A stretch of 64,000 nt of DNA from Candidatus Yonathbacteria bacterium RIFCSPHIGHO2_02_FULL_44_14 (GCA_001823535.1 MHUT01000018.1:55628-119627), one strand, 5' to 3'; positions 10,665 to 20,468 are shown, numbered from the stretch's first letter. The notes: generated from the letters alone by a model not told the origin. Made by a program: numbers and translations.

Positions 10665-11552
10665 TTACCAAAATTTAAACTTCGACCAGAGTAACATTAA
10701 AACAGGCTGTTCTCCTGTGGTTTTTACAGCCTCGCTTGTTGTTGCTGTGTCACGTGGAGCAACAGTCCAATCATTTACCAAACTATTCGCTCCGGAGTCT
10801 GGAACGAAACTAGCCTCCGCATTAGACGATGGCGGTTCTACTGGATAATCCTCAACTGCTTTTAATGTGGGAGTGCTTGTAGTCGATGCGGGAGGTATAG
10901 GTGCATTAATTAGAGAAGCCGGCGGATTAATAACAGGAGTAGATGTAGCCACAACCAAACTGCTTAAGTTGTTTGTATACAATAAGTACTCCGGGTTGAA
11001 CACCATTTCAATGGCAAATGTTATGGTATCAAATTTCGTAAGAACAACATCTCGCACGGAAAATTTTGAAATCTCCGCAGTTTGACTGCGGAGAACATCC
11101 GCCTGATACGCGAGCGCCGAATAAGTTGGCGCCTCGCCTAAAAGCTCCAGCACTAAACCGTCAGGACTATTCTTGAAAGAAAATTTATTATACAAGATAC
11201 TTTCTGTTGTGTTTTTTGACAAAAAAGCAAAGACTGGAGACGTGACCTTGTGCGCATTAAGAAGCTCGCGCGCAAGGTCGGCTCGCGCGCGAAACACCCT
11301 TGCTTCCTCCACCTCTGGGGTACTGCTGAACTCTTTCTGTGCTATTTTTATCTCATTTGTTTTTGCTGCAATCACCTGACTTAGTGAGTTGTTGTTGTAG
11401 TACAATCCGGCATAGGTGCCAATACTCAAAATAAAAAAAGAGATAGCAATGACACCAATCGCACTTCGCGGACGGCGTCGCTCCAAAAAAGATTCCTCGC
11501 GGACAAGCGAGCCTTTTGGGATGAATGAAACTTTTGGGTTAGTGCCGTCCAT
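10665..11552 (-). CDS. PilN-like inner-membrane pilus alignment protein
   Basis: Short cytoplasmic N-terminus, one TM (IGVIAISFFILSIGTYAGLYY), periplasmic remainder. Immediately downstream of pilM. Confidence 0.45.
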   Translation of the reverse strand: MDGTNPKVSFIPKGSLVREESFLERRRPRSAIGVIAISFFILSIGTYAGLYYNNNSLSQVIAAKTNEIKIAQKEFSSTPEVEEARVFRARADLARELLNAHKVTSPVFAFLSKNTTESILYNKFSFKNSPDGLVLELLGEAPTYSALAYQADVLRSQTAEISKFSVRDVVLTKFDTITFAIEMVFNPEYLLYTNNLSSLVVATSTPVINPPASLINAPIPPASTTSTPTLKAVEDYPVEPPSSNAEASFVPDSGANSLVNDWTVAPRDTATTSEAVKTTGEQPVLMLLWSKFKFW

Positions 11553-11582
11553 AATGTAAGTACAGTATACTATACTTTGTAT

Positions 11583-12713
11583 TTATTCTTCTAGTCCTTT
11601 TAATGCTACGCCGACTGCGACGGCGAAGTTTGGGCTTAGCTCTCTTAAGGTTGTGTCTAAAAATGCTGGCGTATCGACCCGTACAAATGGATTACCGATA
11701 GCGATGGATGCGGTCGAGAAACTTTGAGCAACGAGTTTCTCTATCCCCTTTAGACGCGCACCGCCACCAACCAAAATTACCTTCGTGATCTTTGTACTGT
11801 ACTTCCGCTCATAATTCTCTACAAAGCGCACTGTTTCATTCATTATGTTTGCGAGAAGAAGCTCTGCAACCGCCAGGACGTCTCGACCTTCTTCCTCCCC
11901 AATCATGCCCGCACGGCATTTAATCTCCTCCGCCTTGTCAAAAGAAATTCCCTGCGAATGAGCAAGCGCGAGCGTGATATCCTGTCCACCCATCGATATG
12001 ACGTGCGAGCCGCGCACAACTCCTTCATCAACAAGTGCGAGTTTTGTGCTCCCCGCACCTATATCAACAACCAAAACAGGAGCCATGTCACGACCAACAA
12101 TAGCCCGAAGCGTGCTAAATATCTCAATCTCAAAATGCGATGCTTCTCCGGGAATCTGAGCATCGCGTTTTATTGATTCATATTTTTTGATGATTTCATT
12201 GTGAATTGCGGCAACGATGACTTCTATCTTGCCGATTTGTTTCACAGGCGCGACTCCGGTAGCTAACACCGGCCTCTCTTCAGACTTACGCCTGGGTAAA
12301 ATCCACCAATCAAGTGATACTTCGGTAATGGGCACGGGAACATACCGACGGGCCTCAATGGGAATCATCGAGTCAAGCTCCTTCCTTCCGACATCAGGAA
12401 GCTCGACCACCGTAAGGAGGCTCGCACTAAACGGGATTGCGATAAGCGTATGACGCGCGGTTATGCCCGTCTCCTTCAACAGGTCGCGGAGGGCCTCTGA
12501 GATCTTTTCTGTCGAAAGATTTGTTGCCTGCCCTACTGCGGCGCCACCTCTTGGACCAAGAGCCAGTTCTCCATAATTTCGCAACACCACCTTTTCGTCT
12601 GCTTTTTCAAGCAACACTACTTTAATCGAGGATGATCCAATGTCGATACCGAGGACAGGCCCCTTGTGCCCCGCACCCAAAACTCCTTTGATTGATTCTA
12701 ATAATGAAGTCAT
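11583..12713 (-). CDS. pilM: type IV pilus assembly protein PilM (actin-like ATPase fold)
   Basis: GIDIGSSSIKVVLLEK... phosphate-1 motif and DIGAGSTKLALV second actin-fold motif. Confidence 0.75.
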   Translation of the reverse strand: MTSLLESIKGVLGAGHKGPVLGIDIGSSSIKVVLLEKADEKVVLRNYGELALGPRGGAAVGQATNLSTEKISEALRDLLKETGITARHTLIAIPFSASLLTVVELPDVGRKELDSMIPIEARRYVPVPITEVSLDWWILPRRKSEERPVLATGVAPVKQIGKIEVIVAAIHNEIIKKYESIKRDAQIPGEASHFEIEIFSTLRAIVGRDMAPVLVVDIGAGSTKLALVDEGVVRGSHVISMGGQDITLALAHSQGISFDKAEEIKCRAGMIGEEEGRDVLAVAELLLANIMNETVRFVENYERKYSTKITKVILVGGGARLKGIEKLVAQSFSTASIAIGNPFVRVDTPAFLDTTLRELSPNFAVAVGVALKGLEE

Positions 12714-12788
12714 GCTGCTGTATACTGTACATATAGTATAGCATGTTCATCGCATTTGTCGGTGTACTAAAATCAAAAAGTTATCCAC

Positions 12789-13448
12789 ATGCAGACGCTC
12801 CTATCAATATTTACATACCTCATCGATACTGTATTCCCTCGAGAATGTGTGGGGTGCGGGGAACGTAGCACTATTTTGTGCGAAAACTGCATGTCACGTA
12901 TCCCAAAAGCAGAGCAACCGGCGCATTCATTTATTACTGCGATATTTGATTATCGAAATCCGACCATACGTGAAGTAATTTGGAAATTCAAATACAAAAA
13001 CGCGCAAGTGCTTGCCAAATATTTTGGGGAGAAACTCTATGAAGAGATACTTGGCGAGCTTGGTGACGATTTAAACGTCTTAGGAAACGAAGCTTTTTTG
13101 CTTGTGCCAGTTCCCCTTCACAAAAAACGCTTGCGAGAACGCGGATACAACCAGAGCGAGCTACTCGCACGTGAAATTATCAAATATGACACAGCAAAAA
13201 TATTTCAACTCGCATCAGAGGTGCTTACCCGAACACGAGCGACAAAACCTCAAGCAAAGTCTGAAAAACGCGCGGCACGATTTGAAACCCTCCGCGGCGC
13301 ATTCGTGACAAACTCTGCACTCGTGCGTGGCAAACATATCATACTCATCGATGATGTCACCACAACAGGCGCGACACTATCGGAAGCGCACAAAACGCTT
13401 CTGCGCGCCGGCGCGCTCACAGTGCGCGCGTATGCGGTGGCGCATTAA
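12789..13448 (+). CDS. comFC: competence protein ComFC (phosphoribosyltransferase domain with N-terminal zinc finger)
   Basis: CVGCGERSTILCENC zinc ribbon plus C-terminal PRTase motif ILIDDVTTTGATL. Confidence 0.75.
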   Translation: MQTLLSIFTYLIDTVFPRECVGCGERSTILCENCMSRIPKAEQPAHSFITAIFDYRNPTIREVIWKFKYKNAQVLAKYFGEKLYEEILGELGDDLNVLGNEAFLLVPVPLHKKRLRERGYNQSELLAREIIKYDTAKIFQLASEVLTRTRATKPQAKSEKRAARFETLRGAFVTNSALVRGKHIILIDDVTTTGATLSEAHKTLLRAGALTVRAYAVAH

Positions 13449-13521
13449 CGCCAAAGTAAATTATACCCTTGACTTCAGGTCGGCGAAGAATACACTTACA
13501 ATATATTTTTTAATAAAAACT

Positions 13522-13893
13522 ATGACATTCCCTTACCCTGATTTTGATCATGTGAACCTAGATAGTCAGCTTAAAAAAGTTATAGACAGTCACGGTCAGC
13601 CCCTAGAAGGGCTGGACGAAGAGATGCGCGATCTCAGGACAAAAGAAGGTGGAATAATGATTAAACCGCACGAGATTCCGTGGATGCAGAAAATGCTAAT
13701 CTTTACGGTAGGTGCCATGGATAGAGAAGCTAGGGATCTTGAAAATTCTATTAACACCTATGGCTCTGGTTCTCCCATAAATTTAACTAATATGCGAGCT
13801 CGATTGGACGAAATAAAACAAAACAAAAAATACTTAAAAGAAAACTTTGCAATAAAGTTTTTTGAAGATTCAAATAATATTGATAAAGCTTAG
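13522..13893 (+). CDS. hypothetical protein (123 aa)
   Basis: The ORF-track ORF 13327..13893 overlaps the comFC 3' end in another frame. The internal Met at 13522 (MTFPYPDF...) is the plausible start. Confidence 0.35.
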   Translation: MTFPYPDFDHVNLDSQLKKVIDSHGQPLEGLDEEMRDLRTKEGGIMIKPHEIPWMQKMLIFTVGAMDREARDLENSINTYGSGSPINLTNMRARLDEIKQNKKYLKENFAIKFFEDSNNIDKA

Positions 13894-13951
13894 TTTTGAT
13901 CCCACATATGTCTTCCGACAGATACAAAAAATGACCGAGGCCCGCTCGGTT

Positions 13952-14101
13952 ATTTTTTATTGCGGAGACGGTGGGTCGGTCACGAGTTTCTAATTCGCTC
14001 CGCTCATAAGAACTCTCGACCCCGGCTCACTGTCGCTTTGCGACATGTTCCGCCTTTCGAATCCCAACACGAGCCAAGCAGTTGGCTCGTTCCGTCTCCG
14101 C
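13952..14101. other. about 150-nt structured element closed by a 10-bp terminal stem that reuses the acceptor-end sequence of the adjacent tRNA-Ser (degenerate tRNA-derived or att remnant)
   Basis: GCGGAGACGG...CCGTCTCCGC terminal stem. 13952-13965 is a 14-bp direct repeat of the tRNA-Ser 3' end (14132-14145). There are internal hairpins and a degenerate T-arm-like piece. Confidence 0.3.
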
Positions 14102-14129
14102 AAAATTAAAACCCCTTTCGGGGTTAATT

Positions 14130-14219
14130 TGGCGGAGACGGTGGGATTCGAACCCACGGGAGTATTACTACCCCGCCTCGTTAGCAGTGAGGTGCCTTCG
14201 GCCGCTCAGCCACGTCTCC
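14130..14219 (-). tRNA. tRNA-Ser (anticodon GCT), long variable arm, CCA encoded
   Basis: Minus strand reads GGAGACGTGGCTGAGCGGCCGAAGGCACCTCACTGCTAACGAGG...GGGTTCGAATCCCACCGTCTCCGCCA: 7-bp acceptor stem, D-arm, anticodon loop CT-GCT-AA, long extra arm, T-loop TTCGAAT. Confidence 0.85.
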
Positions 14220-14299
14220 ATTATTATACTGTTCTCACATTCTAATTCTCCGTTCACGCACATACGAGACGGGGGCACTGAGGTGACTTATTTCTTTAG

Positions 14300-14320
14300 G
14301 GCCGCTCAGCCACGTCTCCA
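14300..14320. repeat. 21-bp direct repeat of the tRNA-Ser 5' end
   Basis: ggccgctcagccacgtctcca at 14200-14220 recurs exactly at 14300-14320, without the rest of a tRNA. Confidence 0.5.
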
Positions 14321-14382
14321 GAATATTTCAAATATTTGTATCTGAAACAAAGCCACCTTATCATATTTTCTCTTCTTTTGCT

Positions 14383-14967
14383 ATGATAATAGGTATGCAA
14401 CACAACCTCACTATCACCGACAAAATTCTTGCAAAAACGCTTCTTTGCATAATTCCTCACTGGATGACCCCAAACCTTGTTTCGTGGCTTCGATTTTGGA
14501 GCGTGCCGTTCATTGGGTATTTCCTATGGAACGAAAGCTATGCGATTGCACTTCCTATTTTCTTTATATCTGCATTTTCCGACGCAGTTGATGGATCACT
14601 TGCGCGCACGAGAAATCTTGTTTCCGATTTTGGGAAAATGTTCGACCCGCTCGCTGACAAACTCCTTGTGGCTACCGCTGCAATTATTCTCATTCCGCGC
14701 TATTTAGACTGGGGCATTATGCTCGCTATAGTTTCAATAGAGCTTATTCTTATCACGAGCGCTTATGTTCAGCAACGTTTTTATGGAAAAACTATTCAAG
14801 CAGAAAACACAGGCAAGCTCAAAATGATTCTGCAATCACTCGGCATCGGCGCAGTTCTTATTTATGCCATCTGGAACATCGCCCTCTTTCTCGTATTTGC
14901 GCAATACTTCTTCTACGCGGCGATATTCTTTGCACTTCTATCTCTGGTAGTGTATCGTGCGATATAA
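14383..14967 (+). CDS. CDP-alcohol phosphatidyltransferase family protein (PgsA-like)
   Basis: DAVDGSLARTRNLVSDFGKMFDPLADK matches the D-G-x2-A-R-x8-G-x3-D-x3-D signature. Multi-TM. Confidence 0.7.
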   Translation: MIIGMQHNLTITDKILAKTLLCIIPHWMTPNLVSWLRFWSVPFIGYFLWNESYAIALPIFFISAFSDAVDGSLARTRNLVSDFGKMFDPLADKLLVATAAIILIPRYLDWGIMLAIVSIELILITSAYVQQRFYGKTIQAENTGKLKMILQSLGIGAVLIYAIWNIALFLVFAQYFFYAAIFFALLSLVVYRAI

Positions 14968-14978
14968 AGTAAAACAAA

Positions 14979-16976
14979 ATGAAACGCCCGCAATACACAC
15001 CTGCAGATTTCGCATGGACAAAATGGTCCGCGTCAGACATCAAAGCCCTTGCGCCTAATATTCTCGCCGAGAAAAAAGCGCGTCTTTCAATAATTAAAAA
15101 AGTCCCCGCAGAAGTGCGCAATTTCGAAAATACGGTATACGCCATTGAAGCGTCTGATTACGGCATTTCAGAGACGATTCTCAAAATCGACCTTCTACAA
15201 AATGTTTCGCTCGAAAAAGCGATTCGCGACGCCGCTAAACGCGCAATAGAAACAATCGAGAAACAAATGATTCGCATTGAACGCGACCCAAAGATCTGGG
15301 CTGCACTCAAAGAATACGAGCGGGGTGCATGGCAAAAAGAGGGGTCTGCCCTCGCTCCGGAAGCCAAAAAACTTTTTCATGATATGTTTCTCAACTACAA
15401 GCGCATGGGCTTTGATCTTGCTCCTAAAGAACAAGAACGTTTAAAGGAGATAATGGAGCGTCTCGCAAAAATATCAAATGAATTTAGACATAATATCAAT
15501 AGTTATAAAGATCACATCATTGTTAGGAAGGAAGAAGCTGCGGGGTTGCCTCCGCGCTACACGCAAGGGCTCAAGCGTGACAAAAAGGAAAACTATATTA
15601 TAACTCTCGCCTACCCCGATTATGTTCCCTTTATGGAGCTCGCACAAAACGAAAGCAAACGAGAAGAGCTCAATAATAAATACCTGCAAAAAGGTGGAAT
15701 AAAGAATATGAAAGTTCTCAGTGAAATGCTTGCACTTCGCGCAGAGCACGCACGCATTCTTGGGTACAAAACGCACGCCGACTATAAAACAGAACTTCGT
15801 ATGGCGAAATCCGGCAAGACTGCTCTTGATTTTGAAATGTCGCTTCTCAAAAAAGTCGCAACCGGCGGAAAAAATGACCTCGACGAACTCCGCGATTTCA
15901 AGCGTACGGTTACAAAAAATAAGCATGCGGAACTTTTTTCCCACGACATCGCCTACTATGGACACGAACTCCAAAAGGAACGTTTCAAATTTAACAGCGA
16001 GGAAGTACGCGGATACTTCCCCCTTGCGCGAGTACTCGAAGGAACATTCAAAATTTACTCGACATTATTCGGTGTAAAATTTGAAAAACTTTCCGGCTTC
16101 CCGCTCTGGCACCGTGACGCAGAGTTGTACGCAGTCAAAAAACCAAATGGCGAAATATTGTCATACTTTGCACTCGACCTGCATCCGCGCGACGGAAAAT
16201 ACGGACACGCTGCAGCGTTTGGCATTGTTGGTGGGCGCAAGGCTTTGTTTACGAATGACACGTATATCGCACCATTTGCAACGATGGTCACCAATTTCAC
16301 GAAACCATCTGCAAAAAATCCGTCCCTCCTTTCGCACAACGAAGTTGAAACATTTCTCCATGAGTTCGGGCATATCATACATTGCATTCTCACGACCGGG
16401 GAATACGCCTCACAATCGGGTTATCATACCGCATGGGACTTCGTCGAAGCGCCATCGCAAATGCTTGAGCACTGGGCGTGGAACAAAAGATCTTTGGCAC
16501 TTTTGTCCGCACATCACGAAACAGGAAAACCTATTCCTCCGTCACTTTTGAAAAACCTCATTGCGAGCGAGGACCATCTCCTTCGCTATACAACTCTGCG
16601 CCAACTTATTCTTGGAATTTTTGACCTCACCTTACACACCACAAACAAGACTCTTGATTCGGCAAAACTTTATCGCGATATGGTGAAAAAATATACAGGT
16701 ATCACAATCTCGAAAGACGCAATCTTCCCTGCAGGCTTTGGTCATCTCGACGGCTACGATGCCGGATACTATGGCTACCTCTGGTCAAAAGTATACGCCG
16801 CAGATATGTTCACCCGTTTTGCAAAAGAAGGAATTCTGAACAAAAAAACCGGCTCCGACTACAAAAAGTGGATTCTTGAAAAGGGCGGGAGTATGAATGA
16901 AATGGATTTAGTAAAGGGATTCCTTGGTCGCACGCCATCAAACAAGGCATTCTTAAAAGAAATCGGAGTTAAGTAA
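14979..16976 (+). CDS. M3-family zinc oligoendopeptidase (thimet / oligopeptidase A / Dcp-like)
   Basis: 665 aa, HEFGHIIH zinc motif (HExxH) in an M3-type context. Confidence 0.75.
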   Translation: MKRPQYTPADFAWTKWSASDIKALAPNILAEKKARLSIIKKVPAEVRNFENTVYAIEASDYGISETILKIDLLQNVSLEKAIRDAAKRAIETIEKQMIRIERDPKIWAALKEYERGAWQKEGSALAPEAKKLFHDMFLNYKRMGFDLAPKEQERLKEIMERLAKISNEFRHNINSYKDHIIVRKEEAAGLPPRYTQGLKRDKKENYIITLAYPDYVPFMELAQNESKREELNNKYLQKGGIKNMKVLSEMLALRAEHARILGYKTHADYKTELRMAKSGKTALDFEMSLLKKVATGGKNDLDELRDFKRTVTKNKHAELFSHDIAYYGHELQKERFKFNSEEVRGYFPLARVLEGTFKIYSTLFGVKFEKLSGFPLWHRDAELYAVKKPNGEILSYFALDLHPRDGKYGHAAAFGIVGGRKALFTNDTYIAPFATMVTNFTKPSAKNPSLLSHNEVETFLHEFGHIIHCILTTGEYASQSGYHTAWDFVEAPSQMLEHWAWNKRSLALLSAHHETGKPIPPSLLKNLIASEDHLLRYTTLRQLILGIFDLTLHTTNKTLDSAKLYRDMVKKYTGITISKDAIFPAGFGHLDGYDAGYYGYLWSKVYAADMFTRFAKEGILNKKTGSDYKKWILEKGGSMNEMDLVKGFLGRTPSNKAFLKEIGVK

Positions 16977-17006
16977 GAAAAAGAGCAGGCGTGATACAAT
17001 GTCGCC

Positions 17007-19178
17007 ATGAAGCAAGGAGATATTGTATCACCAAAAACCCCGCTTGAGACGATTTTTCGCCTCACACCTATTCAGAAAACTGGACTTGCAAAACTTAGCA
17101 TCACAACTGTCGAAGATCTGCTTCGTTATTTTCCTGTACGTTACACGAGTATTGCAGACATAAAGCACATTGCCGACCTTTCAAAAGGTGAGGATGTGAC
17201 AATCTACGGTCGTGTTGTATCATCAAAAACTTCAAAAGGTTTTCGCACGAAAATTCCAATGACGGAAGCGATTATAGAGGATGCGACAGGGCGCGTTAAA
17301 TGCGTATGGTTTCATCAGGCGTACATTGTAAAGATGCTCGTGCCTGAAATGATGGTGAAACTTTCGGGACACGTTGAAGAACGTGGCGAGGTCCCCTATC
17401 TTGCAAACCCAGAGCTCGTGCGCACAAATGAACTCCCCCTTGATGCAAGCGGTTCACTTTTTGAAGATAATCACGAGATGCTCGTTTATCCAGTCTACCC
17501 AGAAACAAAAGGCATCACCTCGCGTTTCATTTATCATCATATTCAAAAACTATTTAGCAAAGGCGCGCTCGGCAATATCGTTGACCCAATACCAGAAGAC
17601 ATCCTCACTAAGTACCACCTGCCAACTCTTAAAACAGCACTCGTGTGGATTCATACTCCTCAAAAAGAAAGTGATGCCGTGGCTGCACGAAAGCGTTTCG
17701 CATTTGAAGAAGTGTTTATGATCCAACTCGCGAGGCAACGCGAACGCGCACAAACCAAAGAGCACCGTGGTTTCATCATTGACCCCGAGCCAAAGGCACT
17801 TGCTCAATTTACCGCACGTTTCCCTTTTAAACCCACCGCATCGCAAACTCATGCACTCGAAGATATTTTTTCTGACATAAAAAAAGGTGTGCCAATGGCA
17901 CGACTCCTTGAAGGCGACGTAGGATCCGGTAAAACATTCGTTGCAGCAACGGCGGCCTATGCCGTTGCTGCAAGCGCACCTGCTGACAATAAATTTGGTA
18001 ATCTTCAGGTTGCCTATATGGCACCGACAGAGATTCTTGCGGAACAGCATTTTAAAAGTTTCATCGAGTATTTCAAAGGATTACCTGTCGAAATTGGGCT
18101 CCTCACGGGAAGTGGTGCGAAAAAATTTCCATCAAAAACCAATGCGAGCGAGGCAACCAAGGTTTCAAGGGTTCAGCTTTTAAAATGGATCGCCGAGGGG
18201 AAACTCCTCATCCTCATCGGCACCCATTCGCTCATTCAAAAAAGTGTGCAGTTCAAAAATCTTGGACTTGCAATCGTTGACGAACAACACCGGTTTGGAA
18301 CACTTCAACGCGGCAAGCTCACAAAAAAGGACATGATCATCCCGCACTTTCTTTCAATGACCGCTACGCCAATCCCCCGCACGCTCGCACTAACCATATA
18401 CGGCAACCTCGATCTCACCCTTCTCGACGAAATGCCCATGGGGCGCTTGCCGATAAAAACGGAATTAGTCGCTAAAAGTAATCGCAAAAAAATGGAGGAG
18501 CATATTCGTGCGGAGATAAACAACGGGCGACAGGCGTACATCATCTGTCCACGCATTGATGAGCCTGATCCAGAAAAAGAACTTGCGCTCCAAGCAAAAT
18601 CAGTTATTGCAGAAGCAAAGCGCATCGCGGAAGACATATTCCCAGAATTTGAAGTAGGAATTCTTCATAGCAAAATGAAACCTGATGAAAAAGAATGGGT
18701 GATGGAAGAATTCAAAAAGGGTGCAATACATATTCTCGTTGCAACATCCGTCATTGAAGTCGGTGTGAATGTGCCAAATGCAACAATGATTGCCATTGAG
18801 GGTGCAGAACGATTTGGTCTTGCGCAACTCCATCAGCTTCGTGGGCGTGTTATTCGTAGTAATCATCAAGCCTATTGCTATATACTCACAGAGAGCACGA
18901 GTGAGATATCTCAAAAGCGACTCAAAGCGCTCGCTACTGCAAAAAATGGATTCGAGCTCGCCGAACTAGACCTCACTCTCCGAGGTTCTGGCGAGCTTTC
19001 TGGTGGAAAGCAGTGGGGCATCTCCGACATCGGAATGGAAGCGATAAAAAATATAAAAATGGTAGAAGCCGCCCGCACTGAAGCTTCGCGAATTATCGCA
19101 GAAGACCTCGAACTCACGAACTATCCCCTCCTCTGTGCTAAAATCAAAACAAATCATCGCGACACCCATTGGGAGTAA
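17007..19178 (+). CDS. recG: ATP-dependent DNA helicase RecG
   Basis: 723 aa. N-terminal wedge region, Walker A GDVGSGKT, DEQHRFG (DEAH box), conserved C-terminal helicase motifs. Confidence 0.85.
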   Translation: MKQGDIVSPKTPLETIFRLTPIQKTGLAKLSITTVEDLLRYFPVRYTSIADIKHIADLSKGEDVTIYGRVVSSKTSKGFRTKIPMTEAIIEDATGRVKCVWFHQAYIVKMLVPEMMVKLSGHVEERGEVPYLANPELVRTNELPLDASGSLFEDNHEMLVYPVYPETKGITSRFIYHHIQKLFSKGALGNIVDPIPEDILTKYHLPTLKTALVWIHTPQKESDAVAARKRFAFEEVFMIQLARQRERAQTKEHRGFIIDPEPKALAQFTARFPFKPTASQTHALEDIFSDIKKGVPMARLLEGDVGSGKTFVAATAAYAVAASAPADNKFGNLQVAYMAPTEILAEQHFKSFIEYFKGLPVEIGLLTGSGAKKFPSKTNASEATKVSRVQLLKWIAEGKLLILIGTHSLIQKSVQFKNLGLAIVDEQHRFGTLQRGKLTKKDMIIPHFLSMTATPIPRTLALTIYGNLDLTLLDEMPMGRLPIKTELVAKSNRKKMEEHIRAEINNGRQAYIICPRIDEPDPEKELALQAKSVIAEAKRIAEDIFPEFEVGILHSKMKPDEKEWVMEEFKKGAIHILVATSVIEVGVNVPNATMIAIEGAERFGLAQLHQLRGRVIRSNHQAYCYILTESTSEISQKRLKALATAKNGFELAELDLTLRGSGELSGGKQWGISDIGMEAIKNIKMVEAARTEASRIIAEDLELTNYPLLCAKIKTNHRDTHWE

Positions 19179-19400
19179 ATAAACTTGCCCGAGTACCGAG
19201 TTTGCTATACTATTGAAAAATCTATCGCACGTAGCCGAATCAGCTGATTCGTGGCTAGGCCATAGAGTCGGTGCTTTGCCCTTAGGTGAATTTGCTGATT
19301 CGAGCACGGAGCCAATAATGACGAACGAGGAGCGTGTGGACGAGTACTCTCGTACACAACGTCAGAGTGCTGTCATTATATGGTACTTTAAATTTTTTGT

Positions 19401-19474
19401 CCGTCCATAGCTCAGTTGGTTAGAGCACAGAGCTTATATCTCTGCGGTCCCAGGTTCAAGTCCTGGTGGACGGA
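19401..19474 (+). tRNA. tRNA-Ile with anticodon TAT (reads AUA), CCA not encoded
   Basis: CCGTCCA acceptor, TA, GCTC-AGTTGGTTA-GAGC D-arm, CAGAG-CTTATAT-CTCTG anticodon arm (anticodon TAT at 19435-19437), CCAGG-TTCAAGT-CCTGG T-arm, TGGACGG acceptor 3' strand, discriminator A. Confidence 0.7.
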
Positions 19475-19490
19475 CAAAGAATTTAAATAC

Positions 19491-19538
19491 CATATATCTC
19501 CGCGGTCGAGGGTATCGAGTCCAAGTGGGTTGACCAAA
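19491..19538 (+). repeat. degenerate duplicate of the 3' half of tRNA-Ile (anticodon loop to 3' end)
   Basis: atatctccgcggtcgagggtatcgagtccaagtgggttgacca aligns to atatctctgcggtcccaggttcaagtcctggtggacgga of the tRNA, 17 nt downstream of it. Confidence 0.45.
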
Positions 19539-19539
19539 A

Positions 19540-20442
19540 ATGGAAAATAAAACACCACGCAAAGTAAATATTTTTTTGATATTATTCACTATTGTCTTTA
19601 TGTGTGCAACGGTATATTTGGGCTACCAAAACTACCAACTCAACCAAGCAAAGCTTTTGCTTGAAACAGAGCTTGTGAACACAAAACAGGATTTTGCATC
19701 AACAACAGAAAAACTTATGGGCGACATCGCAGCATTTAGAGACCTTCTCCTCGCAACACAAGCCGAAAGAGTAAACGCGGAACAAGACGTTCGCAAACAA
19801 CAAGAAGTACTCGATGCAATGTCAAACACACTGGGATCCTACGAGCGACTCGCAAACACCGACCGAGAACTTCTAGCAAAATATTCACGAGTGTATTTCT
19901 TGAACGAAAATTATAGCCCAAAACATTCTGTCACAATACCTCCCTCATACACATATAATGGGGACGGAGAGAAAATGATCTTGTCCGAAGTGTGGCCATT
20001 TCTTCAAAAAATGATCGACGATGCAAGTACCACAAACATTGATTTGAAAGTTGCTTCCGCATTTCGCTCATTCGATACGCAGAGCAAACTAAAATCTGCC
20101 TACACCGTTTCCTACGGCTCTGGTTCAAACAGATTTTCTGCCGACCAAGGATATTCCGAACACCAGCTAGGCACCACAGTAGATTTTACTACCTTAAAAA
20201 TAGGCTCTAATTTTTCCACATTTGAAAAAACAGCAAGTTACACATGGCTCACAGAAAACGCCTACAAATACGGGTTCATCCTTTCATATCCAAAAAAGAA
20301 TGCTTATTACATTTTTGAACCCTGGCACTGGAGATTTGTCGGAAAAGCCTTGGCGCTAAAACTGCATACTGAAAACAAAAACTTCTACGATGTTCCACAA
20401 CGTGACATTAATGAATATCTCATTAACATTTTTAACCAATAG
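19540..20442 (+). CDS. D-Ala-D-Ala carboxypeptidase VanY / peptidase M15B family (LAS metallopeptidase)
   Basis: N-terminal TM anchor. SEHQLGTTVD and EPWHWRFVG motifs match the H-x6-D ... E-x-W-H zinc ligand pattern of VanY-like enzymes. Confidence 0.65.
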   Translation: MENKTPRKVNIFLILFTIVFMCATVYLGYQNYQLNQAKLLLETELVNTKQDFASTTEKLMGDIAAFRDLLLATQAERVNAEQDVRKQQEVLDAMSNTLGSYERLANTDRELLAKYSRVYFLNENYSPKHSVTIPPSYTYNGDGEKMILSEVWPFLQKMIDDASTTNIDLKVASAFRSFDTQSKLKSAYTVSYGSGSNRFSADQGYSEHQLGTTVDFTTLKIGSNFSTFEKTASYTWLTENAYKYGFILSYPKKNAYYIFEPWHWRFVGKALALKLHTENKNFYDVPQRDINEYLINIFNQ

Positions 20443-20468
20443 CGACATTTAAGCCAAAACAGGTCTGC

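Noticed and set aside
19236-19251. 16-bp perfect palindrome CGAATCAGCTGATTCG and GAGTACTC-type palindromes in the recG-tRNA-Ile spacer, considered as a possible ncRNA
   Set aside because: They are isolated short palindromes with no extended conserved structure or recognisable RNA family hallmarks (SRP, 6S and RNase P signatures were looked for and not seen). Probably terminator or operator-like, unsupported.
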